Source: Amoebidium appalachense (taxonomy: Eukaryota; Protista; Ichthyosporea). From it: a DNA stretch of 64,000 nt. The notes beneath the pieces were generated by a model that saw only the letters and a program-made list of their open reading frames with translations, searched no databases and was not told the DNA's origin. Position numbers and translations under genes: made by a program. The DNA is taken from contig CAVNZM010000016.1 of NCBI GenBank assembly GCA_963693365.1, positions 92,841 to 156,840 on the forward strand. Direction: 5' to 3'. Shown here piece after piece: positions 13,721 to 24,664 of the stretch; positions within the stretch are counted from its first letter, which is position 1, and every line of letters begins with the position of its first letter.

Positions 13721-15042
13721 TTGAACGTATCCAATATGGGCATGCATTGTTCATTAGCGTTGGGGTCAAGTGCACATGTATTAGCGATCCATCTGATAAT
13801 TTCAATGGATATCCAATATGGACATCCACTATAGACCGCCATTGGATATACTTGTTAGGTGTATTGCATGTCTTGCGACAGGGATATCTTGATATCTGTA
13901 TGGGGATTTTGATCGGATATCCGTGTCAGTCATGTATTGGATATGTTGTTACTGATCCAGTCTAATATACAGCTAAGCATCCAAATGGATATCCAGAATG
14001 TTACATATCCATATAGCTATCCAACGGAGGAATGCAGTTGAAATTCCATCATTGGATATCCAGCGTCGATATCCATTGTGGGCATCTGTCTAATATCCAA
14101 TACATGCCGAACCAACCATATGGCGTTTGATGTCTGCATTCATATGCATCTAATGTGTATTTAATGGCCATTATAGGTGCACTTATGTATCCATATAAGC
14201 ATTGATTGCATATCCAGATATGTGATATCACAACGATGCCCAATGGAGGTACAGCATGGATATCCATATGTGATATCTATTGGGGGTGTAATATCTTGAT
14301 CACTATCTAAGCATGCAACTACATATATATTGGACATTGGTTGGAGGTCAGGAGGAAATAGACATGTTGTATATATCCAGTGGATGGTATTGATATGTTC
14401 GACTGAAACCATCCTACATATCGTGTGTATATCCAAAGGATATCCATTAATCTATGAAAAACTACTCCGGGACGTGTGTTGCCTCTAGGGGGACATCCCC
14501 TTGGACGAAAGTGAACCTGCAATGGTTGTAAACCACGGCAAGGCCCCAGTCATCGATTTATTGATCCGTGAGGTCCATGTGCCCAAAAAACGGGGGAAGG
14601 CTTCGCCCCGTGAAAAAACAGCACGTATGTGTGGATCAATGGGGGTTGTGTGTGGGTGTAGGTGGGTGGGTGAAAAGGTTTTATTTGTGGAAATTATTGA
14701 CATAAATATTTTTCTGGGTAAACACGTAGGATGGGTGTCCGATATCAACAGGCTTTGTTTCATGTTTTAGCAGTTCGCGTTCGGCTGCCCGCATACGGGC
14801 ACCTATTAGCCGATCAAAACATCAGATTCCACAGATCACTAGACCGAGTCTGATTGGCTCAGGATAAGATTTCACATAACACTAGATCGGTTTTGATTGG
14901 CTCAGTTCGGTAGCCGTAGGTATATAAGCACGACAGTTTTTAGCAGATCAGCAGGCAACAACACATCTTCTGTGTTTAGCACCTACAGCTTTACAGCTAT
15001 ATTTTCTTTTCACTCTCCCTATCTTTCCGTACGCCGGTCAGC

Positions 15043-16212
15043 ATGCCGCCGAAAAAGCGCCAGGCCTCAGCCACTGCCCCTGCCGCGGCACCCAAGCGCC
15101 TGACCCGCATCGACCTCCGCCACAGGCTGACCAACGCTCCCGCGGACACTGACGCGCCTCCAGCGGCCCAGACCACCTCGGACCCGGACCCGCCGGCTAG
15201 TCTCCCCTCCCCTCCTGAAGTCCCCCCTCAGGCCCCGCCGTCCCCGCAGATGACTTCTCAAGACGCCGTCCTTGCCGCCCTTACCGCCATCAGCACCCAG
15301 ATGGCTGGCGTCCTGGCTGCTCTCACCAACCGCGACCCTCCCGCGCCCCCCGCCGCGCCCTCCGCACCCGGGGAGGTTTCCCCGGGGCTGCATCTCGGCC
15401 CTGACCTAGACCTACCTGCCCTGCCCGCGCCCCCCATCACAGGTGAGAACACTGGCGACATTCAGCCGGGCACACTCCCGCTTCCCCCCGCGGATGTGCT
15501 GGCAGATTTGCGCGCCAATCGTTTCGTCGACCTGTATAAGTTCACCCCCGCCGCCCTCCTGGCCCCATCCAAGAAAGGTCAGCATCTGCGCATGGCCGAC
15601 GACGGCAGCATCGAGACTTTTCGCCAAGACAAACCCGTTCCCCTGCGTTCACTCGTCATTTGGATCCAGGCTTGGACCCATTACATGGCCGCCAAGCACC
15701 ACCTCGGCCTCCCCACGGACAAAGACGTACTTTGGGCTCAGCACATCACTCGCCTCAGCACCCGATACCCGTGGGCCCAGATCCACAACTATGACGTATA
15801 CGCCCGAACCGTTGCCCACCAGCAGGGTCGGGCTCCGATCGAGTGTCCCAACCTGCTCGCCCAACTCCACCAGGATCTCCTCTTGCCACCCACTCTGCTC
15901 ATCCCGGACGCATGTCAGCGCTGTGGCTTCCCTGACCACCCCAGCGCGGCCTGCCCCATGTACCCCAAGCCCGGCTGTGGTCTTGACGGCTTTAAGCCGC
16001 CCCACAAGCCCGGCGGGGGTCAAACCCCTAACCGCCCTGGCCCGCAACCCGGCCCGGCAAAACCGGCCCGACCCGTGGATCTACCCGCGACGCACTGCAG
16101 GAATTTCCACATTAACGGTCGGTCCTGCGCTAAGCAGCCCTGCCCCTTCTCCCACGTGTGCCCGCTCTGCTCTGGCACACACCCCCGCAAAGACTGCAAA
16201 CACAATGCCTAG
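15043..16212 (+). CDS. Ngaro Gag-like protein (389 aa)
   Basis: Pro-rich N-terminus, a W...YD...R core, a CCHC knuckle (CQRCGFPDHPSAAC) and C-terminal CCCH/CCHC fingers (CRNFH...C....CPFSHVCPLCSGTHPRKDC). Confidence 0.9.
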   Translation: MPPKKRQASATAPAAAPKRLTRIDLRHRLTNAPADTDAPPAAQTTSDPDPPASLPSPPEVPPQAPPSPQMTSQDAVLAALTAISTQMAGVLAALTNRDPPAPPAAPSAPGEVSPGLHLGPDLDLPALPAPPITGENTGDIQPGTLPLPPADVLADLRANRFVDLYKFTPAALLAPSKKGQHLRMADDGSIETFRQDKPVPLRSLVIWIQAWTHYMAAKHHLGLPTDKDVLWAQHITRLSTRYPWAQIHNYDVYARTVAHQQGRAPIECPNLLAQLHQDLLLPPTLLIPDACQRCGFPDHPSAACPMYPKPGCGLDGFKPPHKPGGGQTPNRPGPQPGPAKPARPVDLPATHCRNFHINGRSCAKQPCPFSHVCPLCSGTHPRKDCKHNA

Positions 16213-16604
16213 TCTACGCGCACACCCACACACACAGCTAGAACATAGGGGTTAGGAGCTAGGACACACGAGTACAGGGAAACGGAGCTCGGGAGAACGG
16301 GCCCATAGGGCTGAGTACAAAATTTCGCAGGCCAAACTACGGCGCCCGCGCGCGTCAAGAATAAATGTCCCTACACAAAGACGTTTATTCTGGCCACTGC
16401 ACATAATTTTACTCCCCCCCCCCATCCCACGAGCCTCCCCCCCCTTACACTCACCTAGCACTCCCTCCCCCCCCCTTCTTCTACCTCTGTGTCCGCCCAC
16501 ACCCCCGCGTGCTCGGGCACATTCCCCTGCACAGGGCCCCGCTGCCCTCCCTGCCAACCTTCACTCGGGCCCAGCTGCCCTACCCTAACCCCCCCGGGGC
16601 CCTG

Positions 16605-16641
<37 letters not shown>

Positions 16642-16672
16642 CTGCCGGGATCTCCCCGAGGGTGCCCCACCC

Positions 16673-19166
16673 TTGCTAACCACCCCCTTCCCCCGAGGCT
16701 CAGACCCGGAGGCCCGCCCGCTGCCCCAGCACCGCATTGACACCTCCCGCCTCCGGGAACTGCTGGCCTCCTACCCAGACCAATCATTCGCCGCACAACT
16801 CCTCCACGATGTCGAATTCGGTGTCGACATCGGCTATCGCGGGCCCTCCACCTCTCGGGTGGGCCCCAACCTACCCACCACCCCGGAGGCAGCTTCCGCT
16901 ATCACGTCGGATATTGCCAAAGAAGTCGCCCTCGGCCACCTGCGCGGCCCCCTCTCCCCGGCCCAATTCTTTGACGAATTTCCGGTCCACCGTTCCTCCC
17001 CCATCGGCGCCGTTACCAAGAAAGGGAACCCCCCCAAGTACCGTCGAATCCACCACCTCTCCTGGCCCCGGGGTAGCAGTGTCAATGACAGCATCACCTA
17101 CCCCGACGAACTTCAGTACATTCGCGCCCGGGACGTCACCCAGCTCATTCTCGACGCAGGCCCCGGCTGCTACATGGCCGTGGCAGATGTGCAGGCTGCC
17201 TTCCGGCACATGCCCATCCGACCAGAAGACCATCACTTAATGGCATTCAAATGGTTGGGGCATTTTTACGTTGAAACCAGACTGCCCTTCGGCCTGAAAT
17301 CTAGCCCAGCCATCTGGGAACGGATCGCGGCCACCCTACAGTGGCTGGCACACCAGCACGGTATTACCCTCATCCGCCACTGCGTAGACGACTGGATTAT
17401 AGTCGCCCCCACACAAGAGCAGTGCCAACGTCACCTATCCACCTTCCTGCAACTCTGCCGAGAGCTGCACATTGCCATTTCCGAAGACAAGATGCAGGGC
17501 CCGGCTACCCGTGTCGTCTTCATCGGTATCGAATTCGACTCCATCACCATGGAGGCACGAATCCCGGCTTCCAAGCTCTCGGACCTACTCGACCTCACTT
17601 CCCACCCAAAGCCCACCATCACCATTCGGGACCTCCAGTCCCTCCTCGGCAAACTCACCTGGTGTGCCCAGCTGGTTCCCCCCGGGAGGGCCTTCTCCCA
17701 GCGCCTATGGGCCCTTCTCCGGACCCACCCACACCTTGCCGGCCACCACCACATACGACTGACTGCTGCCGCCCGGGCCGACATAGCCGAATGGCACCAG
17801 TTCCTCACATCATGGAATGGGGTGCACCTCATCACACCCCCCACATACACCACCCTGGCCACCGATGCTGCCGGATCGGTGGGTCTAGGAGGCCACTGGC
17901 TCGACCAATGGTTCTTCATGCCCTGGTCCCCCTCCACCCAAGCCCTCTATGCTCATGAGGGTAAACTCGGTTCTTCCGTCATTGAACTCCTGGCCATCGC
18001 AGCCGCCGTGGCCCTCTGGGCCCCCTCCTGGTCCACCCACCATGTCCGTATTTTATGCGACAACACGGGTGCTGTGTCTGACCTACACTCCCTCCCCGCC
18101 GATCTCCCGTTCCGGAGCAACGCTGGCAGATTGGCCCCCCACTTTGCTCCGGCCGAGCTGCTTCGAGCCACCACTACCCTGCAGGAATGCCAGGCCCTGA
18201 GTCTCAACCTCGACTCTCGGGCCTTTTACTCCCGGGTGCAGAAAGTGTTCATCGATTTCTGTGTGGCATCTCGGCTGCAATCCCCCTCCGGGTCCTCCCT
18301 CCCGGCCTCCCCACACACCGTGCAACTTTTTCTCGCCTGGTGTGCCCAACGAGGGGTACAGGCCTCTTCCTTAACCGGCTACAATTCGGCCATCACCAGG
18401 CTCCACCTCGACATGGGCCTCCCTGCTCCCTACCCCCACGACAAGTCTCTGGCCTGGTTCCTACGGGGGGTGGGCAGATGGCAGCTTTCTCACAACATCC
18501 GACCCCGCTCATCAACCAGGGAACCCCTCCTGCCCTCCCACCTCAGCCTACTTCATGGCCAGTGCCCCACAAAGGCCTCCTCGGCCAATCTCCGGCTATG
18601 GACAGCCCTCATCGTCGGTTTCTGTGGTCTCCTCCGTTCAGGGGAATTTACCTCCAAGACCCTGACTTCTTTCAACCCGTCCCGTCACGTTAAACGGAAA
18701 GACGTGACCTTCACCTACACCCCCACCGGTACTTTGTCCCATGCCACCCTCCACCTGCCAACCTCTAAGACGGATGTACAGGCCCGAGGTGTCAACGTCA
18801 CTCTAGCTGCCCTGCCCCTCACCCATTTCTCCCCAGCCCATCTCCTCCGGCAGTTCCTGCATACAACGTCCGGTCAACCCGACGACCCCCTCTTCAGTCT
18901 CGGTGGCATCCCCTACACCAAGAGTGCTTTCTCTGCCGACTTCCGTGCCCTCCTCTCCCGGGCAGGCCTCTCACCGTGACCCTCCCGGTTTGCCGGACAC
19001 AGCCTCCGCATCGGGGGGGCCACAGCACTGGCTGAGGCCGGGGTCGACGACTCCCGGATCAAACAACTCGGCAGGTGGTCCTCCGACTGTTTCCTGATCT
19101 ATACACGACTTCGTCCGGCCTCCATTGCTGCCACTACCACACGTGTATTCGCCTCTATTCTTAAGT
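16673..19166 (+). pseudogene. Element 1 RT-RNaseH fused in frame to YR by an internal deletion; disabled
   Basis: 768-aa ORF with RT motifs (YRRIHHLS, ADVQAAFR, LPFGLKSSP) but CVDD in place of YVDD. RNaseH (TDAAG, IELLAI, LCDN) is truncated and joined to YR. A 6-bp insertion creates TGA at 18977-18979, before the HSLR/GRW/Y motifs. Confidence 0.88.
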
Positions 19167-20302
19167 GAAACCTTTGGAGCAAGCATGCTGCTCTCGTGCC
19201 GTGGTTTACAACCATTGCAGGTTCACTTTCGTCCAAGGGGATGTCCCCCTAGAGGCAACACACGTCCCGGAGTAGTTTTCATAGAGGTTTTATTTGTGGA
19301 AATTATTGACATAAATATTTTTCTGGGTAAACACGTAGGATGGGTGTCCGATATCAACAGGCTTTGTTTCATGTTTTAGCAGTTCGCGTTCGGCTGCCCG
19401 CATACGGGCACCTATTAGCCGATCAAAACATCAGATTCCACAGATCACTAGACCGAGTCTGATTGGCTCAGGATAAGATTTCACATAACACTAGATCGGT
19501 TTTGATTGGCTCAGTTCGGTAGCCGTAGGTATATAAGCACGACAGTTTTTAGCAGATAAGCAGGCAACAACACATCTTCTGTGTTTAGCACCTACAGCTT
19601 TACAGCTATATTTTCTTTTCACCCACCCACCTACACCCTACACTCAACCCCCATTGATCCCCACATACGTGCTGTTTTTTCACGGGGCGAAGACTTCCCC
19701 CGTTTTTTGGGCACATGGACCTCACGGATCAATAAATTGATGACTGGGGGCCTGCCGTGGTTTACAACCATTGCAGGTTCACTTTCGTCCAAGGGGATGT
19801 CCCCCTAGAGGCAACACACGTCCCGGAGTAGTTTTCATAGAGGAATATATAGCTGTAAGGCTGTGGATGCCAAACACAGAAGATGTGTTTGTAGCTTGCT
19901 GATCTGCTAAAAACTGTCGTGCTTATATACCTAAGCCTACCGATCTGAACCAATCAAAAATCGATCTAGTGATATGTGAAATCTGATCCGAGCCAATCAT
20001 AACTCGGTCTAGTGATCTGTGGTATCTGATGTTTTGACTGGCTAATAGGTGCCCGTGTGCGGGCAGCCAACCGCTAACTGCTAAAACACGAAATGAAGCC
20101 TACATGGTTATGTTGGTATCGAACACCCATCCTACGTGTTTACCCAGAAAAATATTTATGTCAATAATTTCCACAAATAAAACCTCTATGAAAAACTACT
20201 CCGGGACGTGTGTTGCCTCTAGGGGGACATCCCCTTGGACGAAAGTGAACCTGCAATGGTTGTAAACCACGGCACGAGAGCAGTATGCTTGCTCCAAAGG
20301 TT

Positions 20303-21363
20303 TCACTTAAGAATAGAGGCGAATACACGTGTGGTGGTGGCAGCAATGGAGGCCGGACGAAGTCGGGTATAGATCAGGAAGCAGTCGGAGGACCACCGGC
20401 CGAGTTGTTTGATCCGGGAGTCGTCGACCCCGGCCTCAGCCAGTGCTGTGGCCCCCCCGATGCGGAGGCTGTGTCCGGCAAACCGGGAGGGTGAGAGGCC
20501 TGCCCGGGAGAGGAGGGCACGGAAATCGGCAGAGAAAGCACTCTTGGTGTAGGGGATGCCACCGAGACTGAAGAGGGGGTCGTCGGGTTGACCGGACGTT
20601 GTATCCAGGAACTGCCGGAGGAGATGGGCTGGGGAGAAGTGGGTGAGGGGCAGGGCAGCTAGGGTGACGTTGACACCTCGGGCCTGTACATCCGTCTTAG
20701 AGGTTGGCAGGTGGAGGGTGGCATGGGACAAAGTACCGGTGGGGGTGTAGCTGAAGGTCACGTCCTTCCGTTTAACGTGACGGGACGGGTCGAAAGAAGT
20801 CAGGGTCTTGGAGGTAAATTCCCCTGAACGGAGGAGACCACAGAAACCGACGATGAGGGCCGTCCATAGCCGGAGATTGGCCGAGGAGGCCTTGGTGGGG
20901 CACTGGCCGTGGAGTAGGTGGAGGTGGGAGGGGAGGAGGGGTTCCCTGGTGGATGAGCGGGGTCGGACGTTGTGAGAAAGCTGCCATCGGCCCACCCCCC
21001 GTAGGAACCAGGCCAGAGACTTGTCGTGGGGGTAGGGAGCAGGGAGGCCCATGTCGAGGTGGAGCCTGGTGATGGCCGAATTGTAGCCGGTTAAGGAAGA
21101 GGCCTGTACCCCTCGTTGGGCACACCAGGCGAGAAAAAGTTGCACGGTGTGTGGGGAGGCCGGGAGGGAGGACCCGGAGGAGGATTGCAGCCGAGATGCC
21201 ACACAGAAATCGATGAACACTTTTTGCACCCGGGAGTAAAAGGCCCGAGAGTCGAGGTTGAGACTCAGGGCCTGACATTCCTGCAGGGTAGTGGTGGCTC
21301 GAAGCAGCTCGGCCGGAGCAAAGTGGGGGGCCAATCTGCCAGTGTTACTCCGGAACGGGAGAT
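20303..21363 (-). CDS. Tyrosine recombinase of element 2
   Basis: Catalytic set is intact: GLLRSGE (R), SKTD (K), GHSLRIGGAT (HxxR), LGRWSS (W), FLIY (Y). There is no ATG at the ORF start. Confidence 0.93.
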
Positions 21364-21382
21364 CTGGGGGGGGGGGGGGGGG

Positions 21383-23065
21383 TTAGCCCAAGGGAAGGGA
21401 TAGGAACTCGTGGACCCAGGAGGGGAAGGGGCAGGGCTCCGGTTGCAGGGAAGGTCGGAGTCGTCGGGCCCGGGGAAGTTGGTTACGAGAAATGGCATCG
21501 GCCAGATGGTTGAGGGGTCCTGGTAGGTAGGATGCCTGTAACGTAAATTGGTATTGCATTTCCATGCGGGTGATGAACCGAATAAGTTTGGCCATCACGG
21601 GGTGGGGGGAAGACCGGGAGTGCAGGTCAGACACAGCACCCGTGTTGTCGCATAAAATACGGACATGGTGGGTGGACCAGGAGGGGGCCCAGAGGGCCAC
21701 GGCGGCTGCGATGGCCAGGAGTTCAATGACGGAAGAACCGAGTTTACCCTCATGAGCATAGAGGGCTTGGGTGGAGGGGGACCAGGGCATGAAGAACCAT
21801 TGGTCGAGCCAGTGGCCACCTAGACCCACCGATCCGGCAGCATCAGTGGCCAGGGTGGTGTATGTGGGGGGTGTGATGAGGTGCACCCCATTCCATGATG
21901 TGAGGAACTGGTGCCATTCGGCTATGTCGGCCCGGGCGGCAGCAGTCAGTCGTATGTGGTGGTGGCCGGCAAGGTGTGGGTGGGTCCGGAGAAGGGCCCA
22001 TAGGCGCTGGGAGAAGGCCCTCCCGGGGGGAACCAGCTGGGCACACCAGGTGAGTTTGCCGAGGAGGGACTGGAGGTCCCGAATGGTGATGGTGGGCTTT
22101 GGGTGGGAAGTGAGGTCGAGTAGGTCCGAGAGCTTGGAAGCCGGGATTCGTGCCTCCATGGCGATGGAGTCGAATTCGATACCGATGAAGACGACACGGG
22201 TAGCCGGGCCCTGCATCTTGTCTTCGGAGATGGCAATGTGCAGCTCTCGGCAGAGTTGCAGAAAGGTGGATAGGTGACGTTGGCACTGGTGTTGTGTGGG
22301 GGCGACTATAATCCAGTCGTCTACGTAGTGGCGGATGAGGGTAATACCGTGCTGGTGTGCCAGCCACTGTAGGGTGGCCGCGATCCGTTCCCAGATGGCT
22401 GGGCTAGATTTCAGGCCGAAGGGCAGTCTGGTTTCAACGTAAAAATGCCCTTGCCATTTGAATGCCATTAAGTGGTGGTCTTCCGGTCGGATGGGCATGT
22501 GCCGGAAGGCAGCCTGCACATCTGCCACGGCCATGTAGCAGCCGGGGCCTGCGTCGAGAATGAGTTGGGTGACATCCCGGGCGCGAATGTACTGAAGTTC
22601 GTCGGGGTAGGTGATGCTGTCATTGACACTGCTACCCCGGGGCCAGGAGAGGTGGTGGATTCGACGGTACTTGGGGGGGTTCCCTTTTTTGGTAACGGCG
22701 CCGATGGGGGAGGAACGGTGGACGGGAAATTCGTCAAAGAATTGGGCCGGGGAGAGGGGGCCGCGCAGGTGGCCGAGGGCGACTTCTTTGGCAATATCCA
22801 CCGTGATAGCGGCAGCTGCCTCCGGGGTGGTGGGTAGGTTGGGGCCCACCCGAGAGGTGGAGGGGCCGCGATAGCCGATGTCGACGCCGAATTCGACATC
22901 GTGGAGGAGTTGTGCGGCGAATGGTTGGTCCGGGTAGGAGGCCAGCAGTTCCCGGAGGCGGGAGGTGTCAATGTGGTGCTGGGGCCACGGGCGGGCCTCC
23001 GGGTCTGAGCCTCGGGGGAAGGGGTGGTTAGCAAGGGTGGTGTACCCTTGGGGAGATCCCGGCAG

Positions 23066-23099
<34 letters not shown>

Positions 23100-23244
23100 C
23101 AGGGCCCCGGGGGGTTAGAGTAGGGCAGCTTGGCCCAAGTGAGGGTTGGCAGGGAGGGCAGCGGGGCCCTGTGCAGGGGAATGTGCCCGAGCACGCGGGG
23201 GTGTGGGCGGACACAGCGGTAGAAGAAGGGGGGGGGAGGGAGTG
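21383..23244 (-). CDS. RT-RNaseH (Pol) of element 2
   Basis: Open frame with YVDD, LPFG, FIGIEFD, and RNaseH motifs TDAAG...E...DN...NHLADAISR. No ATG occurs before the RT core. Confidence 0.93.
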
Positions 23245-23493
23245 CTAGGTGAGTGTAAGGGGGGGGGGAGGCTCGTGGGATGGGGGGGGGGGGAGTAAAA
23301 TTATGTGCAGTGGCCAGAATAGACGTCTTTGTATAGGGACATTTATTCTTGACGCGCGCGGGCGCCGTAGTTGGCCTGCGAAATTTTGTACTCAGCCCTA
23401 TTGGCCCGTTCTCCCGAGCTCCGTTTCCCTGTACTCGTGTGTCCTAGCTCCGAACCCCTATGTTCTAGCTGTGTGTGTGGGTGTGCGCGTAGA

Positions 23494-24664
23494 CTAGGCA
23501 TTGTGCTTGCAGTCTTTGCGGGGGTGTGTGCCAGAGCAGAGCGGGCACACGTGGGAGAAGGGGCAGGGCTGCTTAGCGCAGGACCGACCGTTAATGTGGA
23601 AAATCCTGCAGTGCGTCGCGGGTAGATCCACGGGTCGGGCCGGTTTTGCCGGGCCGGGTTGCGGGCCAGGGCGGTTAGGGGTGTGACCCCCGCCGGGCTT
23701 GTGGGGCGGCTTAAAGCCGTCAAGACCACAGCCGGGCTTGGGGTACATGGGGCAGGCCGCGCTGGGGTGGTCGGGGAAGCCACAGCGCTGACATGCGTCC
23801 TGGATGAGCAGGGTGGGTGGCAGGAGGAGATCCTGGTGGAGTTGGGCGAGCAGGTTGGGGCACTCGATCAGAGCCCGACCCTGCTGGTGGGCCACGGTGC
23901 GGGCGTATACGTCATAGTTGTGGATCTGGGCCCACGGGTATCGGGTGCTGAGGCGAGTGATGTGCTGAGTCCAAAGTACGTCTTTGTCCGTGGGAAGGCC
24001 GAGGTGGTGCTTGGCGGCCATGTAATGGGTCCAAGCTTGGATCCAAATGACGAGTGAACGCAGGGGAACGGGTTTGTCTTGGCGAAAAGTCTCGATGCTG
24101 CCGTCGTCGGCCATGCGCAGATGCTGACCTTTCTTGGATGGGGCCAGGAGGGCGGCGGGGGTGAACTTATACAGGTCGACGAAACGATTGGCGCGCAAAT
24201 CTGCCAGCACATCCGCGGGGGGAAGCGGGAGTGTGCCCGGCTGAATGTCGCCAGTGTTCTCACCTGTGATGGGGGGCGCGGGCAGGGCAGGCAGGTCAAG
24301 GTCAGGGCCGAGATGCAGCCCTGGGGAAACCTCCCCGGGTGTGGAGGGCGCGGCGGGGGGCGCGGGAGGGTCGCGGTTGGTGAGAGCAGCCAGGACGCCA
24401 GCCATCTGGGTGCTGATGGCGGTGAGGGCGGCCAGGACGGCGTCTTGAGAAGTCATCTGCGGGGACGGCGGGGCCTGAGGGGGGACTTCAGGGGTGGAGG
24501 GGAGAGTAGCCGGCGGGTCCGGGTCCGTGGTGGTATGGGCCGCTGGAGGCGCGTCAGTGTCCGCGGGAGCGTTGGTCAGCCTGTGGCGGAGGTCGCTGCG
24601 GGTCAGGCGCTTAGGTGCCGCGGCAGGGGGCGGCGGCTGAGGCCTGGCGCTTTTTCGGCGGCAT
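23494..24664 (-). CDS. Gag-like protein of element 2 (1-nt frameshift in a C-run near the N-terminus)
   Basis: Near-identical to element 1 Gag. The ATG is at ~24664 and an extra C near 24628 shifts the frame, which could be real or a homopolymer error. Confidence 0.85.

Larger units (their letters stand above)
14677..19841 (+). mobile_element. Ngaro-type (DIRS order) tyrosine-recombinase retrotransposon, element 1, internally deleted
   Basis: Split direct repeats: A1 14677-15013, B1 19197-19285, A2 19286-19622, B2 19753-19841. Encodes gag, RT-RNaseH and YR; no methyltransferase domain and no TSD. Confidence 0.95.

Noticed and set aside
16673-18979. Novel functional RT-recombinase fusion enzyme
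   Set aside because: Comparison with element 2 shows a deletion product with YVDD changed to CVDD and a stop before the YR catalytic H/R/Y residues.
14451-19841. DIRS1-type inverted terminal repeats around element 1
   Set aside because: The inverted B plus spacer at 14451-14675 carries element 2's diagnostic variant and completes element 2. Both elements have split direct repeats.
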